From a virus, in the IMG/VR virus record IMGVR_UViG_3300033978_000477, positions 21,452-85,451 of that record: a stretch of 64,000 nucleotides of DNA; one strand, written 5' to 3'. Both the position numbers and the translations under genes were made by a program. Below, piece by piece: positions 8,745 through 18,097 of the stretch. Every line of letters begins with the position of its first letter. The stretch's first letter is position 1. The notes below the pieces were generated by a model. That model made no database searches. It was not told where the DNA came from and worked only from the letters and a program-made list of their open reading frames with translations.

Positions 8745-10607
8745 ATGTTCCTTACCCTCCTTGGCGGCGCGGCCTACCCGCTTACACTCGCCTGGACGGG
8801 TTTTTGGAGAGCCAACTACACCGGCAGTCCCTGGACCGGACTGCCGTCCGCTGGCGCATCGGGTGGTCGGCTGCTCTCGGAGGGAACCAACCCGGCGACG
8901 GTGGGCGTCGTCCCGCAGAATGGGTATGACCCTGCAAGCTTCGACGGCACCAATGACATCCTCGCGACCGGCGTTGACTTCACGTCCGGTGAGTACCTTG
9001 AGGACTTCGTATCCGGCATCACGTCCCCCTGGACGGTGCATGTCGTTGTGCGTTGCAACTCACTCGTTGCGACAGGTGCATGGTACCTGGACCCGGGCAT
9101 CGTCAGCCACTCAGGCTCCAGCGTCATCGGCATTACTGCGTCTGCTGATGGTGTGCAGGCGCACATCTACACCAGCGGCGGCGCGGTAACCACCGGCCTC
9201 ATCCCAATCACGACGTCGGACTACCACGTCGTTCAGGCGCGGTGGGACGGGACGGACCTTTCGCTCCGAGTTGACGGTGGCACATGGGACACCGTTGCCG
9301 CCGCGGACATGTTCTATGCGTCCGATCGCGCACTGCAACTTGGGTGTAACTACGACAGGACCGCGTTCCTTGACGCAGACTTTCTAGAGTTCGGAATTGC
9401 GTCGTCTGCGTTCTCGAACACGGAACTCGACGATCTCTACGACTATGCCGTAGCCGAGTATGCGCTTGGTGGCGTCAGTGCCATCTCTGGAACCGCGAGC
9501 CTCACACTCGCCACCGGCACATCGGTCCTCACTGGCACCGGCGCCCTGGTCGGCAGCGGGACCGCGACCCTTGCCACTGGTACGAGCACCCTAACCGGTG
9601 TTGGTGGCCTTGTTGGCTATGCGCCCATCGTCCTCGCGACGGGCACGTCGACTCTCCGTGGCACTGGGGCACTGGTCGGCTCCGCAAGCGCCACGCTTGC
9701 CACCGGCACCTCTACCCTGACGGGCAGCGGGGCGCTGACTGGTTCAGCCTCCGTAACGCTCGCCACCGGCACCTCCGCACTCACCGGGGTTGCGGCTTGC
9801 GTCGGCTCTGCCTCGCTCGCGCTCACCACCGGGACCAGTACCCTTCTGGGCACTGGCGCCATGGTGGGGTCTGCCCCGCTCTCGCTGACGACGACGGGCG
9901 ACCTGACCGATGCGTCGTCCGGCTTCTCGTACATCAGCGGGTCGGCAACCATCACCCTGTCGGCAAGCGCAACGCTTGCTGCCCAGGGCGCTCTGGTTGG
10001 CTCCGCAAGCCTCGCGCTTGCCACCGGGACGAGCACCCTAAGGGGAACGGCAAACGCCCAGGGAAGCGCGACAGCGAGCCTTGCCGCGTCTGCTACGGCC
10101 ACCGGGACAGGGGCGCTATCTGGGACTGCCCCCGTCGTCCTGACGTGCTCCGCGACACCGCGAGGCACGGGCGCACTGGTTGGGTCAAGCTCCCTGGCTG
10201 TAGCGGCAACCGCTACGGGTCGGATGCTTGCGGCCATCGCCGGCTCGGTGTCATTCAGCCTTGGCGCCAACGGCACCATCGTCGCCACCGGAGGCCTGCA
10301 AGGCCTTGCCCTGGTTGCGCTGTCGACGTCCGGGACTCTGACCGGGGTTGCGTCTGCGGCAGGCACCGGAACGCTGACGCTTGGGGCCAGCGCATTGCTT
10401 GGCGCAACCGTCACCGCAAGTGGCAGCGCTGCACTGGCACTGTCACTCACCGGAACGCTTGGTGTCGTCACTGAGGACGTTATCCCAGGCGGGCCATACA
10501 CCACGCGACTCGCCGGCAACTTCATCGGCGTGACTCGTCCGGTGTCGGACGAGAGGGCATCGACCCGAATCGTCGCATCACAAGTCGCAAGGACGAGGCG
10601 CCCATGA
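8745..10607 (+). CDS. LamG-like domain plus low-complexity A/G/S/T repeat stalk (fibre/decoration protein)
   Basis: N-terminal concanavalin-like fold (FDGTND..YHVVQARWDG..LRVDG); ~21-aa repeats LATGTSTLTGxGALVGSA. Confidence 0.6.
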   Translation: MFLTLLGGAAYPLTLAWTGFWRANYTGSPWTGLPSAGASGGRLLSEGTNPATVGVVPQNGYDPASFDGTNDILATGVDFTSGEYLEDFVSGITSPWTVHVVVRCNSLVATGAWYLDPGIVSHSGSSVIGITASADGVQAHIYTSGGAVTTGLIPITTSDYHVVQARWDGTDLSLRVDGGTWDTVAAADMFYASDRALQLGCNYDRTAFLDADFLEFGIASSAFSNTELDDLYDYAVAEYALGGVSAISGTASLTLATGTSVLTGTGALVGSGTATLATGTSTLTGVGGLVGYAPIVLATGTSTLRGTGALVGSASATLATGTSTLTGSGALTGSASVTLATGTSALTGVAACVGSASLALTTGTSTLLGTGAMVGSAPLSLTTTGDLTDASSGFSYISGSATITLSASATLAAQGALVGSASLALATGTSTLRGTANAQGSATASLAASATATGTGALSGTAPVVLTCSATPRGTGALVGSSSLAVAATATGRMLAAIAGSVSFSLGANGTIVATGGLQGLALVALSTSGTLTGVASAAGTGTLTLGASALLGATVTASGSAALALSLTGTLGVVTEDVIPGGPYTTRLAGNFIGVTRPVSDERASTRIVASQVARTRRP

Positions 10608-10927
10608 GCCGATTCGACATCAAGCGCAATGACAGGTTGCCGGCCATCTCGGTCTTTCTGGAGGCCGGCAACGCTGCCATCGATCTCACCTCTTGCACCG
10701 TCCGGTTCCTCATGACCAGCGAGGCGACTGGGGTACTGAAGGTGGATGGCGCAGCGACCGTGCTGAGCGCCTCGACTGGCAAGGTCTCCTACGAATGGGG
10801 CGCGACGGACACTGACACCTCGGGAGTCTACCGCGCGGAATGGGAGGTCACGTTCCCAGGTGGCAAGACACGCACTGTCCCATCGAAGGGCTACGACACC
10901 GTCGAAGTCCACGATGACTTGGATTGA
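10604..10927 (+). CDS. BppU-like baseplate upper/Ig-like protein
   Basis: FDIKRNDRLP..IDLT..VRFLM..GKVSYEW..DTDTSGVYRAEWEVTF..TVPS. Confidence 0.7.
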   Translation: MSRFDIKRNDRLPAISVFLEAGNAAIDLTSCTVRFLMTSEATGVLKVDGAATVLSASTGKVSYEWGATDTDTSGVYRAEWEVTFPGGKTRTVPSKGYDTVEVHDDLD

Positions 10928-10932
10928 CACCG

Positions 10933-11229
10933 ATGGCTGACGAAGACGGGAAGGCTCGCCGCCTATCGTTCCGCAACCGGCGCATCAACCCGAGCGTAGG
11001 CGCCGAGTCACCAGATGTTCCGGCCGTTCTTGAGCCGGGCACACTCGCCGCGTTTATCCGCCCGCTTCGGTGGGTTCAGATCTACGCACTCGACGATTGG
11101 TGCACGAAGGTTTGGTGGCGAGAGGCCATCGTCGATGCGGACATCCGAGGTCTTCTCCAGTGGAACCGTGAAGCGATGACGTGGGGTCTGACCGATGCGG
11201 GTCGCAAGGCCATTCGTGACGTGAACTGA
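10933..11229 (+). CDS. Hypothetical protein
   Basis: ORF between structural gene and endolysin. Confidence 0.45.
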   Translation: MADEDGKARRLSFRNRRINPSVGAESPDVPAVLEPGTLAAFIRPLRWVQIYALDDWCTKVWWREAIVDADIRGLLQWNREAMTWGLTDAGRKAIRDVN

Positions 11230-11241
11230 AGGAGCGGGTCA

Positions 11242-12267
11242 ATGCGCGCAGTGGTACGAGCAACGTTCCCTGGTTGGTCGGCGGAGTTGGAAGGTGCGGT
11301 TCCGTACTTCTACCTCGACATCATCGGCAAGGTGACGATTGCCATCGGCAACCTCGTAGACCCTGTCGAGTTGGCGCTTGATCTCCCGCTCATCAACAAG
11401 CACACCGGCAAGCTCGCATCGCGTTCGGAGATCCGCGCCGAGTGGCAGTTGGTCAAGAGCCACCCAAAGCTCGCGCAGTGGGGGCATAGGCCAGCGGCAG
11501 ACATCACCAATCTTCGCCTTCCCGATGATGGGGTGGTTGAGTTCCTCCAGCGGATCGCATCGCGCTTCTGGGGCGAGCTTCGGGGGCGCTTCCCGCACAT
11601 CGACGATTGGAGCGCAGACGCCCAACTGGCGACACTGAGCATGGCATGGGCTTGCGGGACGGGATTCAACTTCCCCGTCCTCGTCCGGATGCTCAACAAG
11701 CCAGACTTCTCCGCGGCCTCGTACAACTGCCACATCAACACGGATGGCGCAGACCGAAGGCCCGGCACCTCCGACGACAACCATGGCGTTGTCCCGAGGA
11801 ACCACCGGAACAAGATCCTCTACCGCAACGCCGCCGTTGTCGCGAAACTCGACCTCGACCCGGAGCGGCTCTACTACCCCGAAATACTCTGGCCGGACCT
11901 CTCGCCATTCGTCATCTACGCCACGGAAGCGGAGTCGCTACGCGCCGCACGGGCCGAGATGAAGGCAGAGCACTTCCGGGCAGCGCAAGCGCGTCTGAAG
12001 GCCGCTGGGTTCGACCCTGGCCCCATCGATGGCGTCTTTGGGAAACGCTCGCAAGCCGCACTCAGTGCTGCCGGCGGGGACAACATCGACACCTGGGCCG
12101 CGCTCTGGCAGACGACCCGAGGGCCTGAATACGAAGGGTCCGACGTACCCATCACCATCGAACTCGATGGCCCGCTTGGTACGAGCAAGGGCATCGTCGA
12201 CTGGACGCTTGATGCGCGACGAAGAGAGCAATCGGGCAACGACGACCCGCCACCGGAGGCTGCATGA
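11242..12267 (+). CDS. Endolysin: T4-lysozyme-like (GH24-type) domain plus peptidoglycan-binding domain
   Basis: E-x8-D-x5-T triad in EGAVPYFYLDIIGKVTIAIG; AQARLKAAGFDPGPIDGVFGKRSQAAL (PG_binding_1). Confidence 0.8.
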   Translation: MRAVVRATFPGWSAELEGAVPYFYLDIIGKVTIAIGNLVDPVELALDLPLINKHTGKLASRSEIRAEWQLVKSHPKLAQWGHRPAADITNLRLPDDGVVEFLQRIASRFWGELRGRFPHIDDWSADAQLATLSMAWACGTGFNFPVLVRMLNKPDFSAASYNCHINTDGADRRPGTSDDNHGVVPRNHRNKILYRNAAVVAKLDLDPERLYYPEILWPDLSPFVIYATEAESLRAARAEMKAEHFRAAQARLKAAGFDPGPIDGVFGKRSQAALSAAGGDNIDTWAALWQTTRGPEYEGSDVPITIELDGPLGTSKGIVDWTLDARRREQSGNDDPPPEAA

Positions 12268-12608
12268 TTCGGGAAACCATCGCGGTGCTCGGTGTTGTCT
12301 ACAACATCATCAAGGCTGACCTCGCATCCAACGATGAAGGCGAGATGGATGCCGACTCTTGCGAGATCCGCGTAGCCAGCAGCGCAACGCCGCCGCGCTA
12401 CTGGTCCATCGTCAGGCACGAGATCGGTCATGCCGCTTGGCACGAGTCGGGCGCCGGTCTCGTGATGCGCCAAGACTTCGGCATGTCGGACGAGACCGCC
12501 CGCAAGGCGGAAGAGATCGTGATGTCTGTCTTTCTCCCAACCTTCTGCGATGCACTTGAGCGGAAGGGACTCCTGTCTCCCATGGTGCTTCAGGAGTACG
12601 AGCAATGA
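12264..12608 (+). CDS. Small HExxH zincin-like protein
   Basis: RHEIGHAAW plus downstream EE. Confidence 0.55.
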   Translation: MIRETIAVLGVVYNIIKADLASNDEGEMDADSCEIRVASSATPPRYWSIVRHEIGHAAWHESGAGLVMRQDFGMSDETARKAEEIVMSVFLPTFCDALERKGLLSPMVLQEYEQ

Positions 12609-13981
12609 GCGGCGTTGTCAGTCGGTGGACAGAGCAGAACATCGACATCCTCATCGCATGCGTTCGTGGCGCAAAGACCATGGGCGAGGCGCTCATTCAT
12701 GCGTCAGCAGCCCTTGGCTTTGAGGTGACGTTCCCCGGTGCGGCCGGTGCGCTTCGCAGGTCTCGCAAGCTTCGCATTGGATCGCTGCTCGGAAAACTGC
12801 CGACGCAGACCGATGAAGACGGCCCGCCTACGCTGCCGTCCGTCCGAGCCCCTGAGCAACTGGACCCGGAGTCCACGGTTGAGCTTGCAGCCTTCCGAGC
12901 CAGGCAAGCGGCGCGGCAGAGCGTTGCGCCGATGGCTTTCGTCCCGACGCCTCCGCCGAAGGAAGAGAAGCCCAAGCGAGAGCCCACCGTCGAAGACGAC
13001 TTGGCGCTTCATCGGGCCAAGATTCGCATCTCGGATCTTGAGGATGCCAAGAAGCGTCTGCTGAAGGAACTCGACGACCACAAGGACCAGATCGCGGTGA
13101 TGCGCGACCTGCGCAGCGCTCGCCCGATGGGGCCGGTGACGGCAGCCAAGAAGGTGGGCGGCAAACAGCGAACCGGAACCCCGGTGATGCTCTGCTCCGA
13201 CTGGCACATCGAGGAGCCCGTCGACCCGGCCAAGGTCAACGGCATCAACGAGTACAACCTCGACATCGCCGCGCGCTGCATCAACGACCTCGCGGACGGC
13301 TTCGAGTGGATGATGCGCGACACCCGCTACGACTGCCGATCTGCGGTAGTGTGGCTCGGGGGTGACCTCTTCAGTGGATACATTCACGAAGAACTGACCG
13401 AGGGTAACTTCCTCTCACCGACGCAAGCGGTGCTCTGGCTGCAAGACCGCATCGAGGCGATGCTGAGGAAGATCGCGGCGACCTGCCCGAACCTCGAACG
13501 CATCATCGTTCCTTGCAACGATGGCAACCATGGGCGGATGACGCACAAGATCCGAGTCAGCACTCGGACAGCGAACAGCCTCGAATGGTTGATGTACCAG
13601 AACCTCGCGGTTCGGATGCGAGACGATCCTCGCTTCGAGTTCCAGATTGCCGAAGGGGAGTGGACGTTCCTCGACCTGTACGGCGACAAGCTCGCCTTCA
13701 CCCATGGCGACTCGTTCAGCTACGGCGGCGGCGTCGGAGGCATCTCTATCCCCATCCGCCGCGGCGTTGCTCGGCAGTTCGCTGGGCAGAAGATCGCCAA
13801 GGTTTGCATGGGGCACTTCCACCAGCGCCAAGACTTCGGCGACATCGCGGTGAATGGCAGCTTGATAGGCCCAGGGCCCTACTCGATGCGCATCCACGCA
13901 GCTCCAGAGCCGCGACAGCAACACTGGTTCCTCTGGGACAGTGAACGCGGGCAGGCATTGAGCGCTCCCATGTGGCTTTGA
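12605..13981 (+). CDS. Calcineurin-like metallophosphoesterase with N-terminal extension
   Basis: SDWH, GGDL, GNHGR, HGD and GHFH motifs. Confidence 0.85.
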   Translation: MSGVVSRWTEQNIDILIACVRGAKTMGEALIHASAALGFEVTFPGAAGALRRSRKLRIGSLLGKLPTQTDEDGPPTLPSVRAPEQLDPESTVELAAFRARQAARQSVAPMAFVPTPPPKEEKPKREPTVEDDLALHRAKIRISDLEDAKKRLLKELDDHKDQIAVMRDLRSARPMGPVTAAKKVGGKQRTGTPVMLCSDWHIEEPVDPAKVNGINEYNLDIAARCINDLADGFEWMMRDTRYDCRSAVVWLGGDLFSGYIHEELTEGNFLSPTQAVLWLQDRIEAMLRKIAATCPNLERIIVPCNDGNHGRMTHKIRVSTRTANSLEWLMYQNLAVRMRDDPRFEFQIAEGEWTFLDLYGDKLAFTHGDSFSYGGGVGGISIPIRRGVARQFAGQKIAKVCMGHFHQRQDFGDIAVNGSLIGPGPYSMRIHAAPEPRQQHWFLWDSERGQALSAPMWL

Positions 13982-13997
13982 TTCTCACGAGACAAGA

Positions 13998-14300
13998 ATG
14001 ACCCTCACCACCCTCCGCCCCGCATTCCTTCGCACCTCCCCAGATGGATCTTGGGGCATCATCGACTCCTTCACCGACGCCCAAGGCATATCGTTCGACT
14101 GTCCCTGCTGCGGCAAGAAGCATCGAATCGTCTGCTGGTTTGACGACCGAGGAACCCCGAGCGCAATCGCGGCAGACCGTGGGAGGTGGGTTGCGTCCGG
14201 TAGCGGACTCGCAGACCTGACGTTGTCCCCATCGATCCACTTGCTCGGCGGTTGCGCTTGGCAGGGGAGTGTTACCAACGGCGAGGTCACTTCCGCGTAA
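13998..14300 (+). CDS. DUF6527-like small protein
   Basis: FDCPCCG..W..LTLSPSI..CAWQGSVTNGEV. Confidence 0.6.
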   Translation: MTLTTLRPAFLRTSPDGSWGIIDSFTDAQGISFDCPCCGKKHRIVCWFDDRGTPSAIAADRGRWVASGSGLADLTLSPSIHLLGGCAWQGSVTNGEVTSA

Positions 14301-14335
14301 GACTTTCAGCGCGCATCGTCCAGCGCACAAAACAA

Positions 14336-14371
14336 GAAGGCCGCAGGCTCCGAGAGGGGTCTGCGGCCTTC
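14336..14371. terminator. Probable bidirectional intrinsic terminator between convergent units
   Basis: GAAGGCCGCAGGCTCC-GAGA-GGGGTCTGCGGCCTTC hairpin, A-rich before and T-rich after. Confidence 0.7.
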
Positions 14372-14422
14372 AGCTATTTTGTCTTTGGCTTGAACTGGCC
14401 CGCGGGCCAATCATCGCAATCG

Positions 14423-15004
14423 TCACTCATCGAACCCAGCGACCCCGCGAGCCCCAAGCCAGCGCTTGGCCTCCTTGGACGGGATGCTGTTGTTCGGCAG
14501 TGCTGCGATCTCCCCAGCGCGAATCAACTCCCGGACCCTCTCTGGGTGGACGCCCGCTAGGGCAGCAAGCTCTTTCACTCGGACAGCTTGGCCGAGCATC
14601 ACCGTCTGCCGCGCATTGGCTGCCAGCATGACGACGCCAATCTCGTCCGTTGCGTCCACCTCGTCAGGCAGGTCGAAGGCGCCACCTCCAAACGTCCCGC
14701 GGTCCCCAGCGCAGGAATAGAGCGCGGACATGACTTCGATGAGCGCGTCTTGGCAGCAGCCGTCATCTGGCCAGTCAGTTGCGGATCGCCCGCGCTGGGC
14801 GTAGCCCGTCAGCAGTTGGACAGTGAAGCGAAGCGTTGATGGTGCGGGCATGCCATCGCCAGGGCCCTGGCCGTCTCCGATGACGGTCGCCCCGATGTCC
14901 ATTGCGCGAGTCGCGATGAATTCAAAAACCTTGTCGTGGACCTCCTTTGCAAGCTTCTTCCCGTCGATGTCCGCGAGCCTTGGTTGCGTGGGCTTGGGTG
15001 CCAT
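14423..15004 (-). CDS. Protein with C-terminal MerR/excisionase-like HTH
   Basis: VRVKELAALAGVHPERVRELIRAGEI. Confidence 0.6.
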   Translation of the reverse strand: MAPKPTQPRLADIDGKKLAKEVHDKVFEFIATRAMDIGATVIGDGQGPGDGMPAPSTLRFTVQLLTGYAQRGRSATDWPDDGCCQDALIEVMSALYSCAGDRGTFGGGAFDLPDEVDATDEIGVVMLAANARQTVMLGQAVRVKELAALAGVHPERVRELIRAGEIAALPNNSIPSKEAKRWLGARGVAGFDE

Positions 15005-15124
15005 GTCTCTCGTCTCCGTGTATGGTTGTGATGCCCAACGCGCGCAGCGTGCATCTGCTCCGCTTCGCGCATTGAGCCATGGCCCCGGGGAAGTAGTGCT
15101 CCCGCGGGGCCGCTTTTGTTCTGA

Positions 15125-15400
15125 CTACGCCGCCGCAGTCGACTCGATGGTCTGTCGGAGGGTAGCGCTGTAGCCGTCGAACAGAACGTCTCCGCTCGCG
15201 ACCATGGTAGCCAAGTAGTCCACGCCATCCGCGACACTGTCGGCGCGGTATGCATCGACAATGCGGGCTGCAATCAGCCGCGCGTCACCCGTCGCAACGA
15301 GCACGTCGTCGTGGTTGACGTGACACGAAACGGCATCGGGGTGTTCTGCGCGGAGAGCTTCGGCAGCGGTGCCGTAGGCCAGTTCTGTTTTGCGGCTCAT
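15125..15400 (-). CDS. Hypothetical protein (small-gene array)
   Basis: Coupled start within the repeated junction GAGGTGTCCCAATGA. Confidence 0.6.
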   Translation of the reverse strand: MSRKTELAYGTAAEALRAEHPDAVSCHVNHDDVLVATGDARLIAARIVDAYRADSVADGVDYLATMVASGDVLFDGYSATLRQTIESTAAA

Positions 15401-15624
15401 TGGGACACCTCGGTGAGCAGGCCGACAATCTTCCCGGCTTGGATCTCCACCGCGACAACGGTGCCGTCGATTGCGTCCAGCGAATCACGCACAAGCTCCG
15501 CGAGGTCTGCCTCCTGATCGCGTCGAGTGGCCGCGTCCACGGTGCCAGCCCAGGCCACTGGCCGGGAGAGGGTTCGGATCGTGTCGAGGGTGTACGTGCC
15601 CGTAACGCTGGTTCGGAGGCTCAT
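15397..15624 (-). CDS. Hypothetical protein (small-gene array)
   Basis: Repeated junction at both ends; ends EVSQ. Confidence 0.6.
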   Translation of the reverse strand: MSLRTSVTGTYTLDTIRTLSRPVAWAGTVDAATRRDQEADLAELVRDSLDAIDGTVVAVEIQAGKIVGLLTEVSQ

Positions 15625-15812
15625 TGGGACACCTCGCTGATCACCACAACGCCGGGGAACTTGGCGGCTAGGCTATCCAGTTCCTTCGACCATCCGCCGC
15701 GCGCCTCAAGCTCCCTCACCCAGACGTCAATATCTGCCTGTTGAACGCCGCTCGTGTCTGATGCGAGCTGTTCGATTTTGGCGAGAATGTCCACGCTATT
15801 CAGGCGGCTCAT
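15621..15812 (-). CDS. Hypothetical protein (small-gene array)
   Basis: Repeated junction at both ends; ends EVSQ. Confidence 0.6.
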   Translation of the reverse strand: MSRLNSVDILAKIEQLASDTSGVQQADIDVWVRELEARGGWSKELDSLAAKFPGVVVISEVSQ

Positions 15813-16081
15813 CGGGACACCTCATTCGAGATAGTGACAGCCCAGGCTCCCTTGCCCATGGCGTCGCCACCGACCGCGATCACCTCGTCGCCGTTGCGCA
15901 ACACCGTCACCTCGTCCGTGTTGCGACGAGCAAACACCAGGCCGTACCCGTCAGCACGGAGCGAGGCTACCGCCTCGTCCACGTCCTCTTCGGTCGGGTC
16001 CCATCCGCGGCCGGCGTTGTTGCCCTGATCGTACAGGCGGGAGGCTTCAGTCATCGTGAGGTTCTTGATGTCGATAGTCAT
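15809..16081 (-). CDS. Hypothetical protein
   Basis: RBS AAGGAG before MTIDIKN; ends EVSR. Confidence 0.6.
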   Translation of the reverse strand: MTIDIKNLTMTEASRLYDQGNNAGRGWDPTEEDVDEAVASLRADGYGLVFARRNTDEVTVLRNGDEVIAVGGDAMGKGAWAVTISNEVSR

Positions 16082-16173
16082 CGTTCTGCTCCTTGTTTTT
16101 GCCGCGCCGGGTAGTGCACCGTCGCGACACCTGGAATGTGCACTGGGATACGGCATTGGTCAATACAGTATCA

Positions 16174-16204
16174 TGTCGATAGTTTGTAAGTCCGCGTATC
16201 GACA
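16174..16204. promoter_or_regulatory. Operator-like inverted repeat in AT-rich divergent promoter region
   Basis: TGTCGATA-N15-TATCGACA. Confidence 0.5.
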
Positions 16205-16254
16205 AGGGAACTATTTTCACTTGGGCCCGGCGGAAGGGCTGGTATCTCTCGGGG

Positions 16255-16656
16255 ATGCGCACTTCTCCCTTCGAATCTGCCGTCCAGTCCCTCGCTGCCG
16301 AGTTCGCCCGCGCCGTTGTCCGCGCCCTTGGGTCTATGACCCTGGACGAGATTGCCGCCGTCAGGGCGAGCGCTGGCGGGTCTCCCGTCGCGCTTGCTGC
16401 GCCCGCTGCCAAGGCGCCCAGCAAGCCCGCCAAACGCGCGCCAGGGCGTCGCAGCGCTGAGGACCTGGACGCTGCGGTCAAGGCGATTGTGGGGGCGCTA
16501 CGGGGCGCCAAGGGCGGGCTCAGCAGTGAGCAGATTCAGAAGGCGCTTGGGATGACGGCGAAAGAGACGCCGCGGCCCATCGCCAAGGCCCTCGCGGCCA
16601 AGGCGATCCGCAAGCGCGGGAGCAAACGGGCTACTCGGTACTACGCTGTCGGGTGA
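16255..16656 (+). CDS. Basic DNA-binding protein (helical N-terminus, AKP linker, winged-HTH C-terminus), myxobacterial nucleoid-associated-like
   Basis: RRSAEDLD..GLSSEQIQKALG..KRGSKRATRYY resembles a family I recall from Polyangiales. Confidence 0.6.
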   Translation: MRTSPFESAVQSLAAEFARAVVRALGSMTLDEIAAVRASAGGSPVALAAPAAKAPSKPAKRAPGRRSAEDLDAAVKAIVGALRGAKGGLSSEQIQKALGMTAKETPRPIAKALAAKAIRKRGSKRATRYYAVG

Positions 16657-16995
16657 CTATCTTGCCCGCCGCACCCACTGGGAGATCAGTTGCCCCACGC
16701 CGATGCCCATGTTCGCCGCAATGGCCTTGAGGCTCTCCGCGTCTTCGGGTGGCAGTCGAACATAGACAGCGACCGTCGTCCGGTTTGCGTCAGCGCCAGA
16801 TGGGCCGCTAGGTGAGGGCCGCTTGATGCCGTTTGCCTTGAGCCATTCCCAGAGAGAACTCGACGCCGGTGCTGTCGCGCGGAGCTGTTGCAAGCTGCAC
16901 GTTGCCCATGCGTCGTCTGAGCCTTTGCGTCTGCGAGAAACGCCGACCGCGTCCACCTGGTACTCGTACACGCCGAACTCGAAACGCTCACCCAT
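16657..16995 (-). CDS. Hypothetical protein with C-terminal ribbon-helix-helix-like domain
   Basis: VAVYVRLPPEDAESLKAIAANMGIGVGQLISQWV; RBS GAGAGG. Confidence 0.55.
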   Translation of the reverse strand: MGERFEFGVYEYQVDAVGVSRRRKGSDDAWATCSLQQLRATAPASSSLWEWLKANGIKRPSPSGPSGADANRTTVAVYVRLPPEDAESLKAIAANMGIGVGQLISQWVRRAR

Positions 16996-17049
16996 GATTG
17001 ACCTCTCGGTTGTAAGTCGGCAGCATAGCCGATGGTGGGTCCTATCCAC

Positions 17050-17445
17050 TCACCCACGGGCTCGGCCATTGCAGTGGCGCGAGCCCACTACTACCTGCGC
17101 GTCGATGTCCCAGAGACCAAGCCTGCCGAGTACCGGCACCTCGGCCACGCGCTTCACCAACTTGACGTGCCACGCGTAGAGTCCAGGAGACCAGACAATG
17201 CCAGCGGCTTGCGCGTGCGACGGCAGGAACTCCGTGCAGTCGGTCACATCGACGATGCACATAGTCACACCGTCACTGCGCAAGCCCACAACGTCGATGG
17301 TCGGGACGTTGCGAGTGTCGGGCCTTGCCGATGAGCAGATCATCAACGGCCCGCGGTAGTGGATGCGGCGACTACGAACCTCGATGGTCTTCTTGCCGTC
17401 TCGGATGAGCGATGCCCACGGGTTCTTGACGGAGAGCGCCTTCAT
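17050..17445 (-). CDS. ASCH domain protein
   Basis: MKALSVKNPWASLIRDGKKTIEVRS..YRGPLMICSS..GRLGLW. Confidence 0.85.
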   Translation of the reverse strand: MKALSVKNPWASLIRDGKKTIEVRSRRIHYRGPLMICSSARPDTRNVPTIDVVGLRSDGVTMCIVDVTDCTEFLPSHAQAAGIVWSPGLYAWHVKLVKRVAEVPVLGRLGLWDIDAQVVVGSRHCNGRARG

Positions 17446-17771
17446 CGCAGCACCAGCTCTGCCCAGTTGTAGGTGCGCCCGGTGGCGAAGCGGTCGTAGC
17501 CACCGCAAGGTCCGCCGATGATGCCAGTGTACCGATGCATCTCCTGAGTACGGCGAACCGGAGTCATGCGAGCAATCCAGGACCAACGCTCGACGACGTT
17601 GCCGGGCTCGCGATGCGCCACGAAGTCGGTGCCGCGCCACACCTCGCTCGCGACCTTGGCGCCATCATGAAGTCGAAGCGCTCCGCGACTGCGACGCACC
17701 CAGCGATGAGCGACCAGTACGTCCCTTGCGCCGGTGCGCGCGAGTTCGTAGCGCCTGTAGTTGCCGGTCAT
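17442..17771 (-). CDS. Hypothetical protein
   Basis: ATGA-coupled at both ends. Confidence 0.5.
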   Translation of the reverse strand: MTGNYRRYELARTGARDVLVAHRWVRRSRGALRLHDGAKVASEVWRGTDFVAHREPGNVVERWSWIARMTPVRRTQEMHRYTGIIGGPCGGYDRFATGRTYNWAELVLR

Positions 17772-18091
17772 GACGCCACCGCCTTCATGCGCTTGCGGTC
17801 GCCGGACTTGCGGGACGCTTCCGACAGCGCAGCCGCCATCCGCGAGGCGATGAGCCAGGCCCCGTCCCATGAGTCGAACAACTTCACCCGCACGATGTGG
17901 GTCCCGTGGCAGAACAGTTCGATGATGCGTCCCTCGTTGTTGCCGTTCTTGACGCGGACGTCGATGACGCCGTCAGCGAAGCCGGACTTGCGGATGGCCG
18001 TCACGATGTCGGGACGTTGGACGCTGACCCACTCGACGCTCAGGTTGTTGATTTGCGCCCAGCGTTCGAGGATGCGGTTGTTGATGCACAT
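17768..18091 (-). CDS. Hypothetical protein
   Basis: RBS GGATAGGAG; coupled to next gene. Confidence 0.6.
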   Translation of the reverse strand: MCINNRILERWAQINNLSVEWVSVQRPDIVTAIRKSGFADGVIDVRVKNGNNEGRIIELFCHGTHIVRVKLFDSWDGAWLIASRMAAALSEASRKSGDRKRMKAVAS

Positions 18092-18097
18092 GAGAGA

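Larger units (their letters stand above)
15394..15824 (-). repeat. Three 19-nt direct repeats at consecutive gene junctions (15394-15412, 15618-15636, 15806-15824)
   Basis: + strand GGCTCATTGGGACACCTCG twice (identical) and GGCTCATCGGGACACCTCA (17/19). Confidence 0.85.

Noticed and set aside
9480-10460. GCCACCGGCAC-type repeats as a DNA repeat array
   Set aside because: They are protein-level A/G/S/T repeats of a fibre gene with synonymous variation.
12248-12267. 20-nt near-identity with 55029-55048 (both encode PPEAA-stop) and many C-terminal AA ends as degradation tags
   Set aside because: Largely explained by a GGAGG RBS plus ATGA/GTGA coupling; no evidence for att or proteolysis function.
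15394-15824. 19-nt repeats as a CRISPR array
   Set aside because: Spacing is about 190-225 bp, the spacers are intact ORFs and the repeat is non-palindromic RBS/stop/start sequence.
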